Assembly: GCF_006345805.1 (NCBI RefSeq)
Contig: NW_021826010.1
Span: forward strand, 1-13,932
Reading direction: 5' to 3'
Source: Octopus sinensis
Taxonomy: Eukaryota
Length of the DNA: 13,932 nt
Position numbers and translations under genes: made by a program. Under the pieces are notes generated by a model. The model did not search any database. It had not been told where the DNA came from and saw only the letters and a list, made by a program, of their open reading frames with translations. Below, piece by piece: positions 1 through 7,712 of this stretch; position 1 is the stretch's first letter, and each line of letters starts with the position of its first letter.

Positions 1-478
1 TACTTGCCCAATGTCCCATTTGGTTGAGAAGGCAAGCTTCTTAACCCCCCCCCCCCACCGAAAAATCATAATAGATAAATAAGTAAATAAATAACTGTTA
101 ACTCATTGAGAGAAACAAATTCATAAGGATTCAGAAAGATAAATCCATACAAAAATAAACAATTGATAAAGAAAATGTTTCTCATAGCACAACATAATCC
201 TAAATTAAATACAGACAGAATTCACCAGTTGCTGAACAAATAAAACACTTGGCCGATTATAAATGAAGTTAACTGTTAAATCGCAAATTCCAGAGATGAT
301 ATCTACAACAGTTACGTTGACCTCATCCACTACAAAGAGACAGCAACATACTCCAACATTCGTTCATTCTGAAGATGAGACCATGGAGATCTAGTAACTT
401 TATGATAGATTTAAGAACTTTGCCGTTCCTAAGTAAACTGCAAGGCAGTTATATGAAAATATAGAGAAAAAAGTAGAA

Positions 479-682
479 GGGCGCAGGCGTGGCTGTGTGG
501 AAAGAAGTTCGCTTCCCAGCCACATGGTTCCGGGTTCAGTCCCACCGCATGGCACTTTGGGCAGGTTTCTTTTATTATAGTCCTGAGCCGACCAAAGCCT
601 TGTGAGTGGATTTGGTAGACAAAAACTGAAAGAAGCCCATTGCATACATGTATGTGTGTGTCTGTGTATGTGCATGTATGCA

Positions 683-725
<43 letters not shown>

Positions 726-934
726 CACACACACACACACATGTATGTACGTATATGCGTCTGTGTTCCCCACCAGCGCTCAAAAACCGTTGTTGATTTG
801 TTTACGTTCCCGAAACTTAACGAATTGCTATAAGAGACCGATCGCCGTTCGAATAAGTCTCACGCTTTAAAAAATAAGTTACCGGGATCGATTCATTCGA
901 CTGAAATCCTTCAAGGCGGAGCTCCAGCTAGCCG
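479..934 (+). mobile_element. tRNA-derived SINE (octopus OR/CORE-like) with internal microsatellite
   Basis: A-box-like TGGCTGTGTGG (490-500) and B-box-like GGGTTCAGTCC (532-542), then a CORE-like GGCACTTTGGGCAGG segment. An internal (TG)/(AT)/(CA) tract is followed by a 3' part (..GAATAAGT..GATCGATTCATTCGACT..AAGGCGGAGCTCCAGC) that matches the reverse complement of 11213-11395, then an A-rich tail. Family name is from recall. Confidence 0.8.
641..760. repeat. Compound microsatellite (TG)-rich/(AT)n/(CA)n inside the SINE
   Basis: Directly visible dinucleotide tracts; explains ORFs 400..783, 429..773, 640..870 and 648..833. Confidence 0.95.
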
Positions 935-1149
935 ATAAAAGATAAAGAAAAAAACTTTTAGAAATAGCTGCCATTTTTCTTCAGATCTCATTCTACTGAT
1001 GTAAATAAAGAAATGACACGATATTGAGGTCCTACAGTCTCTAAAAAACATGAGAGTTTGTTCAATCAGCATTGAACTGGGGTTCAACAATAGCAATGGT
1101 AATATAACTGCGACATACCACTAAAAAAATTAGCAGCAGACATAGTGGT

Positions 1150-1341
1150 ATTGATTTCAAATTTTAGTACAAGCCAGCAATTTCGAGGAGGGGTTAAGTC
1201 AATTACTTCGACCCCAATGTTTCCGAGAAGGATGAAAGGAAATGAGGACCTCCATGGAATTTGAACTTAGAACGTAAAGATAGACAAAATGCCGCTAAAC
1301 ATTTTGCCCGACATGCTAACGATTCTGCCAACGCGCCATCC
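1150..1341 (-). mobile_element. MetaSINE-type SINE, copy 1 (core partly deleted)
   Basis: Minus strand reads GGATGGCGCGTTGGCAGAATCGTTAGC (A-box region), GTTCTAAGTTCAAATTCC (B box), TTTCCTTTCATCCTTCTCGG (Meta-like core), then a CTTGTACTAAAATTTGAAATCAAT tail. Confidence 0.8.
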
Positions 1342-1360
1342 TAACAAACACAGTTATATT

Positions 1361-1560
1361 CTTTTCTTTTCTACTCTAGGCACAAGGCCCTAAATTTTGG
1401 GGGAAGGGGGCAGTCGATTAGATAGACTCTAGTACGCAACTGGTATTTAATTTGTCGACCCCGAAAGGATGAAAAGCAAAGACGACCTCGGGGGAATTTG
1501 AACTCAGAACATAAAGACAGACGAAATACTGCTAAGCATTTCACTCAGTGTGCTAACGTT
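1361..1560 (-). mobile_element. MetaSINE-type SINE, copy 2 (5' head cut near the A box)
   Basis: Minus strand has B box GAGTTCAAATTCC, core GCTTTTCATCCTTTCGGGGTCGACAAATTAAATACCAG and tail GGCCTTGTGCCTAGAGTAGAAAAG. Confidence 0.85.
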
Positions 1561-1563
1561 TTT

Positions 1564-1746
1564 TATTTCTTTATTGCCCACAAGGGGCTTAACATAGAGG
1601 GGAAAAACAAGGACAGACAAAGGGATTAAGTCGATTACATCGGCCCCAATGCGTAACTGGTACTTAATTTATCGACCACGAAAGGATGAAAGGCAAAGAC
1701 GACCTCGGCGAATTTGAACTCAGAACGTAAAGACAGACAAAATACC
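1564..1746 (-). mobile_element. MetaSINE-type SINE, copy 3 (5'-truncated 183-bp array unit)
   Basis: B box plus core GCCTTTCATCCTTTCGTGGTCGATAAATTAAGTACCAG and tail CCCCTTGTGGGCAATAAAGAAATA; lacks the A-box half. Confidence 0.9.
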
Positions 1747-1925
1747 TATTTCTTTACTACCCACAAGGGGCTAAACACAGAGGGAACGAACAAGGAGACA
1801 AACGGATTAAGTCGATAACATCGACCCCAGTGCGTAACTGGTAATTTAATCGACCCCAAAAGGATGAAAGGCAAAGTCGACCTCGGCAGAATTTGAACTT
1901 AGAACGTAGCGGTAGACGAAATACC
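1747..1925 (-). mobile_element. MetaSINE-type SINE, copy 4 (5'-truncated 179-bp array unit)
   Basis: Same unit as copy 3, with the same junction GAAATA|GGTATTT on the minus strand. Confidence 0.9.
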
Positions 1926-2157
1926 TATTTCTTTATTACCCACAAGGGGCGAAACACAGAGAGGACAAACAAGGACAGACAAACGAATTAAGTCGATTAT
2001 ATCGACTCCAGTGCGTAACTGGTACTTATTTAATCGACCCCGAAAGGATGAAAGGCAAAGTCGACCTCGGCGGAATTTGAACTCAGAACGTAACGGCAGA
2101 CGAAATACGGTTACGCATATCGCCCGGCGTGCTAATGTTTCTGCCAACTCGCCGCCC
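1926..2157 (-). mobile_element. MetaSINE-type SINE, copy 5 (full head)
   Basis: Minus strand reads GGCGGCGAGTTGGCAGAAACATTAGC head, GAGTTCAAATTCC B box, GACTTTGCCTTTCATCCTTTCGGGGTCGATTAAATAAGTACCAG core, and the same tail as copies 3-4. Confidence 0.9.
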
Positions 2158-2172
2158 TAACAAACGCAGTTA

Positions 2173-2475
2173 TATTACCATTATGATATATCATTATGAA
2201 AAACATCAGTAAGAGACAAACGATGATATTCATCACTACTATGACATATCATAAAACACCTGCAATATAAAAAAAAAAAATAAATAAAAATCATACTGGC
2301 TTTACGACCATGAGATGTCATAAAAGTACATGTAACGAACATATTACGACTATGACATATCATAAAAAAGAAAACAAAAACCTTAATAGCAGAAAAAAAA
2401 CATAATGATATTACAACTATAACATATCATAAATCAAACAAACATAATGCCATTTCAAAAATGACATCATAAAAC
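2173..2475. repeat. Array of six imperfect palindromic motifs (TATGACATATCATA core) separated by A-rich spacers
   Basis: Cores start at 2182, 2240, 2309, 2351, 2418 and 2460; most are preceded by a TTACGAC-like motif and followed by AAA. Confidence 0.8.
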
Positions 2476-2749
2476 AGCAGTAAGAGGGCGAAGAACATAA
2501 ATATTGCGTTTTGTTGTCATGTCTGCTGGTCACGTGTTAAGTCGTCTGCTTTCTCTCTTTTCCTCCATTAATATTCGTTTCATTATTTCTTCCTCTTTCT
2601 CTGTCTCTGTATCTCCATAGCAATGTAAGTTCCATTATCATTCCTTTTCTATCTTTAGCAGCACCGATTCCATCAACTCACTACCACCGTTTTCTTTCAC
2701 CCCTCTTCTGTATCAGTTTCTGAACACCCACAAGCATACTCGTGTACGT

Positions 2750-2778
2750 GAGCACACATACACATGCATATGCATGTC

Positions 2779-2817
<39 letters not shown>

Positions 2818-2862
2818 TCATACACGCACGCATACGCATGCACACGCACACACACATATATG
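2750..2862. repeat. (TA)n/(CA)n-rich microsatellite
   Basis: Directly visible. Confidence 0.9.
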
Positions 2863-3034
2863 TATGTGCGCTCCGGCGTGTCTATTTACGGTGTGTAGGG
2901 AAAAGTTGTGCCCATAGAATTGGTAGTCCCGCTGAAACAGTCAAGTCGATTCATTTCCCGTTCTTCATGAACAGTTACATGTCAAAGACAGAAAGAAAAA
3001 AAAAACACGTTTAGCAGAATACACTCACACGCAA

Positions 3035-3051
3035 ACACACACACACACACA

Positions 3052-3103
<52 letters not shown>

Positions 3104-3127
3104 TCATGTGTGTGTGTGTGTGTGTGT
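3035..3127. repeat. (CA)n followed by (TG)n (inverted dinucleotide pair)
   Basis: Long CA tract, a short TTCA spacer, then a TG tract. Confidence 0.95.
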
Positions 3128-3336
3128 ATTTATGTATTTGAAAACAAGACCAGTCGTGTTTAAAGCCCTTTAGAATCCATCCTAAAGCTCCCAGAAGAAT
3201 TCTAAAGAATTCATATGTGCGAGCGTCCACACGTGTGTATATACAGGTTTTAAAGACATACAACATTGATACTCGCATACATATACACATAATTGTATAT
3301 GTTTGCACGAGCGTATGTGTTTGTGTATGGATATTT

Positions 3337-3425
3337 ACATACAAACATACATACATACATACATACAACATACATACATACATACATACATACATACATA
3401 CATACATGTGTGTGCGTGTGTGTGT
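3337..3425. repeat. (TACA)n tetranucleotide microsatellite plus TG tract
   Basis: Directly visible. Confidence 0.95.
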
Positions 3426-3671
3426 TTGTGAGTACGCACCAGGAAGTCACCTTCATCGTTTATCATGCAGTAACCGGAAGTGCGAGAATGCTACAAAGAT
3501 GAAATAATGTTTAACAAAAGTATATTGGCCCTGTTGTGCCTTTAAATACACAGAATATAAAACCAGATTAAACTAATCCGATTATATTCCTTATACTGAG
3601 GCTATTGTTTTTTGTTGTCATTATAATTATAGTTGCATTATTGTTAATGTTATTACTATTGTTGTTGTTAC

Positions 3672-3880
3672 GGCGACGAGCTGGTAGAATCGTTAAAATG
3701 CTTAGGCAGCATTTCGTTCGTCTTCATGTTCTGAGTTCAAATTTCACCATGGTTGTCTTTGCCTTTCTTCCTTTCGAGGTCTGTAAAGCAAAGACCTCCC
3801 AAGAACTAGGTTCAATGTTGCTGACTAGTCTCCATCCCCAAAATTTCAGGCCTTGTGCCTATGTAGAAAGGATTATTATT
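3672..3880 (+). mobile_element. MetaSINE-type SINE (diverged)
   Basis: GGCGACGAGCTGGTAGAATCGTTA head, GAGTTCAAATT B box (3733-3743), GTCTTTGCCTTTCTTCCTTTCGAGGTC core, and GGCCTTGTGCCTATGTAGAAAGGATTATT tail. Confidence 0.85.
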
Positions 3881-3950
3881 GTATACGTGGGAATGGTCAT
3901 TTTTGCCGATAAAACACTCGCACTATTTACTTGAGCTTCACTTTAGCTTT

Positions 3951-3989
3951 ATCATCATCATCATCATCATCATATCATCATCATCATCA

Positions 3990-4047
<58 letters not shown>

Positions 4048-4063
4048 GATGATGATGATGATT
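3951..4063. repeat. Compound trinucleotide microsatellite (ATC)n-(ATT)n-(GAT)n
   Basis: Directly visible; source of the poly-H/N/D/M ORF 3938..4168. Confidence 0.97.
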
Positions 4064-4615
4064 GAGTGAGAGAGCAGTGCATGCCATCAAAGTGACACTG
4101 GGGTAAAATATACGAAGCCCAGTATACCCATCATGACAACCCGTCTGATAAGGGTACACCAGGCACATGCATCACAACCATATGTGCGCGACATGGTGAT
4201 CTCATATCAAGATAAACAGCGCATGACCTTGCTGGTGAGGCCCGGTTAGAATTTTCTTCTGGTCGAGCAGCCCATCCCGCACAAAAGGTTCCTTGAATAA
4301 GGATTGCTTAAGGATGTTGAATGAACCACCCATTTTTCCAAAGGTGAATTATCCAAACCTCTAAGAATTCCTTTCAACACACAGCTATGATGCTCCCTCA
4401 CTACTGCTCTTGGTCAGAGATGCACATATCGTCAGCCACTAAGGGACATGGTCAACTGGTTATGGTCAAATAACTGACAAGCAAATCTGTGGTATTGAGT
4501 AGAATATTTGCTGTAGCCCATCTTTTATATCAAGACCAAACAATGTACATGATAACACTTCCAATCAGTTAAGATGAGAAGCCATGAGAGCCACTGTCTG
4601 GTACTGCATCAAGGC
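4064..4615 (-). mobile_element. Unclassified ~550-bp interspersed repeat, probably a non-autonomous retroposon ending in the trinucleotide tail
   Basis: Higher-GC block with a sharp edge at the (ATC)/(AAT) tract (a 3' tail on the minus strand) and three stem-loops at 4097-4200. I recall similar high-copy octopus sequence but could not verify it. Strand is inferred from the tail. Confidence 0.45.
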
Positions 4616-4740
4616 AAGTTCTTTCGTCACACATTCTGCGACCTTTTCAATGACTTTCCGTACTAATTATCTCCTCTTGTCCCACCAATTCCATTTTGCC
4701 TTTACTTATTGTAGTTTTATTATTATTACAAAAGTTGTTA

Positions 4741-4964
4741 AGATGACGAGCTGGCAGAATCGTTGAAACGCCGGTTAAAACGTTTAGACAGCATTTCATC
4801 CGTCTTCACGTTCTGAGTTCGACGCCGAGGTCGACCGTACCTTTCAGCTTTTTGGTGTTGACGAAATAAGTACCGTTTAAACGCTGGGGTCAATTACATC
4901 GACTAGCTCCCCCACCCCCACCAAACATTCGAGCCTTGTGCCTATTAGTGGAAAGGATTGTTGT
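4741..4964 (+). mobile_element. MetaSINE-type SINE (diverged)
   Basis: GACGAGCTGGCAGAATCGTT head, GTTCTGAGTTCG B box, GCCGAGGTCGAC..CCTTTCAGCTTTTTGGTGTTGACGAAATAAGTACC core, and GCCTTGTGCCTATTAGTGGAAAGGATTGTT tail. Confidence 0.85.
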
Positions 4965-5046
4965 CGCTTTTGTACTCGGTTTTCTTAGTGTTATGTTTCG
5001 TTGCTGCTGTCACTACTATTGCAGCAATCGTTGTTATTGCTGTCAT

Positions 5047-5333
5047 GAAAGTGCGTGGCTTAGTGGTTTGGGTATTCGGCTCACGATCTTAAGGTCGTGA
5101 GTTCGATTACTGGTGACGTGTTGTGTTCTTGAGCAAGACGCTTTATTTCACGTCGTTCCAGTCCACTCAGCTGGCAAAAATGAGTGGTACTTGAATTTCC
5201 GTGTGACGCTGAATTTCCCTGACAACTATGTTAAGGGTACGCGTGTCTGTAGAGTATTCAGCCACTTGCACGTTAATTTCACGAGCAGGCTCTTCTGTTG
5301 ATCGAATCAACTGGAAACCTCGTCGTCGTAACC
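5047..5333 (+). mobile_element. tRNA-derived SINE with CORE-like central domain (different family)
   Basis: A box TGGCTTAGTGG (5056-5066), B box GAGTTCGATTA (5099-5109), then TGTGTTCTTGAGCAAGACGCTTTATTTCAC..CAGCTGGCAAAAATGAGT, which resembles the CORE motif TGTGACCTTGGGCAAGTCACTTAAC..CTGTAAAATGGG. Confidence 0.75.
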
Positions 5334-5556
5334 TCTAACTTAATGTGTATGTTTTGTTGCTTATATCAGTTTATTTGAACTTAATTCAACAGTGCAATAA
5401 ACAAATGCGCTCATTGTATCATATAGAGTTTCCACTAACATTAACAGTAAAATGAGTCTCACAAAAGACAACAGGGAAAATCTTTGAATTGCCACCTAGC
5501 ATATTAAAAATAGACGTTGTATAAAGTATCCCGGATAGAATACACTCACAGAAAAA

Positions 5557-5723
5557 GTGATAGTCACGGCTGGAACGTCTTTGGTAATAGGTCAACTGGA
5601 TGAGAGAGGTTTTGAATCAGGGAAATGTTTCATCATAAGTCTACCGGATCAAAGGTCTTTGATCATGGATTGGACTAAGGATAAGCTACCATCAAAGATC
5701 TATGTTCTAACCGTGGCCATCAC
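5557..5723. mobile_element. Small MITE-like element with imperfect terminal inverted repeats
   Basis: GTGATAGTCACGGCTGGAAC (5557-5576) versus reverse complement of 5704-5723, GTGATGGCCACGGTTAGAAC (16/20). Internal palindrome GATCAAAG-GT-CTTTGATC at 5647-5664. No TSD found. Confidence 0.55.
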
Positions 5724-5778
5724 TATCTTTTTTCTTTTAGATATAGTGTATGCATACATATGTCAAAGAAACGTATTG

Positions 5779-6590
5779 GGATCTTTTCCTTTTGAACGGC
5801 ACTTTGTAACATAATTTCTAGGTAACTAAAAAGTTTTAAACTTCGTATACTGGTAGAATGTGTTTATAAAACATCATTTTCTCTTGGCTTTATTGAGAAA
5901 ATTCTATAGTTTGTAAGATATTTCGTCTGAAATTACTTGCACTTCGGCAATTTTAATCAATCAATGGAGTCCATTTAGGTAAATAACATTCTGTGCTGTA
6001 TGAATATGTCCCTCCTTTAAGAAACAGATTGGGTTTATTTACATTTGTGAAGAAAAAAAGATACCCTTCCCCAACCCCTAACCATAACCCTAAATCTAAA
6101 ATAGATTGAAATGCAATAGATCGATACTAGGGCCATAATTATGGATGACATTTTCATTTGACACCGCTAGAAAAATATCCCATTTTCCGTAACGGTGTCG
6201 TATGAAATTGTCACCCATAATTATAACCCTAGAATCGATCTATTGCATTTCAATCTATTTTAGATTTAGGGTTAGAGTTAGAGTTAGGGTTAGGGGTTGA
6301 GGAAGGGTATCTTTTTTCTTCACAAATGAAAATAAACCCAATCTGTTTCTTAGAGGAAGGAATATTCATTATGCACAGAATGTTATTTACCTAAATGGAC
6401 TCCAGTGATTGGTTAAAATTGACGAAGTGCAAGTAATTTCAGACGAAATATCCTACAAACTATAGAATTTTCTCAATAAAGCCAAGAGAAAATGATGTTT
6501 TATAAACACATTCTACCAGTATACGAAGTTTAAAACTTTTTAGTTACCTAGAAATTACGTTACAAAGTGCCGTTCAAAAGGAAAAGATCC
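5779..6590. mobile_element. Foldback non-autonomous DNA transposon (812 bp) with 8-bp TSD
   Basis: Arms 5779-6176 and 6182-6590 are reverse complements around a 5-nt loop ATCCC. Termini are GGATCTTTTCC...GGAAAAGATCC. ACGTATTG is duplicated exactly at 5771-5778 and 6591-6598. Confidence 0.93.
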
Positions 6591-6644
6591 ACGTATTGAT
6601 ATATAAAAGTGATTATCAAATACATACATATAGGAAGGTGTATT

Positions 6645-6745
6645 TGTGTGTGTATATGTGTGTGTGTCTGTGTGTGTGTGTAGTGTGAATGTATCTGTGT
6701 CTGTGTGTGTGTATGTGTCTCAGTGTGTGTTTGCACATGCACACA
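6645..6745. repeat. (GT)-rich imperfect microsatellite
   Basis: Directly visible. Confidence 0.9.
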
Positions 6746-6976
6746 TACATATATAGGTTTGCTTGTCTATGATTACATATACATATTGAAAAGATGAAAT
6801 ATTCCCTTCACTATTTCAATTTGTTACTGGCGGGTGACTGGAGCACGTAGAAAGGAGTGACAGAGAGAGATATAGGGCGAAAGAAAGAGAGATGAAGGGA
6901 AAGAGAGAAAGTGAGATAGACCTTGCACTCATATCATACGAGAGTTAAAGAGATAAAAAAAAACAAAGACCAAGCA

Positions 6977-7193
6977 ACTCTACTATGTTGGCACAAGGCC
7001 AGCAGTTTCGGTGGAGACGGTGGAGTAAGTCGATTACATCGACCCCGGTGCTCAACTGGTACTTATTTTATCGATTCCGCAAGGATGAAAGCAAAGTTGG
7101 CCTAGGCGGAATTTGAACACAGAATGTCAAGAGGGACGAAATGCCTCTAGGCATTTTGGCCGGCGTGCTAACGATTCTGCCAGCTTGCTGCCT
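6977..7193 (-). mobile_element. MetaSINE-type SINE
   Basis: Minus strand reads AGGCAGCAAGCTGGCAGAATCGTTAGC head, GTGTTCAAATTCC B box, AACTTTGCTTTCATCCTTGCGGAATCGATAAAATAAGTACCAG core, and GGCCTTGTGCCAACATAGTAG tail. Confidence 0.88.
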
Positions 7194-7567
7194 TTGACCA
7201 ATCTTCTGTTTTAGCTGGAGATACAAAACGAGTTAGTCAGAAATGTCACTCAAAGTAAACTAATTCTTTAGGAAGAAACTTGGTTAAGTATTTTAGAACA
7301 ATAAATCGTTGAATGGCAGAGTTTATATACATTGTATTTAGAAAAATCCTGTTGATGTGGTGTTGTCGTTTATTTCGGTTCCTTGCAATGAATAAGGTAT
7401 TGTTATGCCTAAATACCAACATATTTTCTTCTGTTGTTTAACAATGCTCCGTATGGGCTTTATTATTATAAATTTGTTACACCCAAACACAAATTCACAC
7501 ACTTATATTTGTTTCTCAGTTCTCTACAGCTCTATCTTTCCCCACTATATCTTTCCATCTGTCCTTC

Positions 7568-7639
7568 TCCTTCTTTCTCTTTCTCTCTCTCTCTCTCTCT
7601 CTCTGTATATTATATATATTATATATATATATATATAAT

Positions 7640-7712
<73 letters not shown>

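Noticed and set aside
175-375. Faint resemblance of FLIAQHNPKL..IANSR to PLE linker sequence
   Set aside because: Too few conserved residues, with stops; indistinguishable from chance by eye.
479-560. Possible tRNA genes at SINE heads (also 5047-5115 and the MetaSINE heads)
   Set aside because: A/B boxes are present, but I could not build a full cloverleaf, and each head continues into SINE core and tail sequence.
985-1098. Plus-strand exon-like segment (TTTTCTTCAG|...ATG|GTAATA)
   Set aside because: Stops occur in all three frames and there is no recognisable homology.
1115-1151. 9-bp inverted repeat ATACCACTA/TAGTGGTAT
   Set aside because: Short and AT-rich; expected by chance in a window this size.
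1564-2157. Retrozyme or hammerhead array hypothesis for the ~180-bp units
   Set aside because: I found no CUGANGA...GAAA core in a hammerhead arrangement on either strand; GGATGAAAG is part of the antisense SINE core.
2173-2475. CRISPR-like appearance (palindromic repeats with variable spacers)
   Set aside because: Eukaryotic context, no cas genes, degenerate repeats, and irregular (42-69 bp) low-complexity spacing. Kept only as a motif array.
2621-2624. Plus-strand 4-nt microexon (long pyrimidine tract, ATAG|CAAT|GTAAGT)
   Set aside because: It is frame-shifting, on the opposite strand to the other candidates, and the pyrimidine tract is a CT-rich low-complexity patch.
5463-5495. Minus-strand 33-nt exon candidate (TAG|...TTT|GTGAGA)
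   Set aside because: Weak acceptor and weak exonic donor context. It shows that such candidates can occur by chance.
6069-6302. Chromosome end or true interstitial telomere
   Set aside because: Only 3-5 degenerate hexamers, and they are embedded within a TSD-flanked element.
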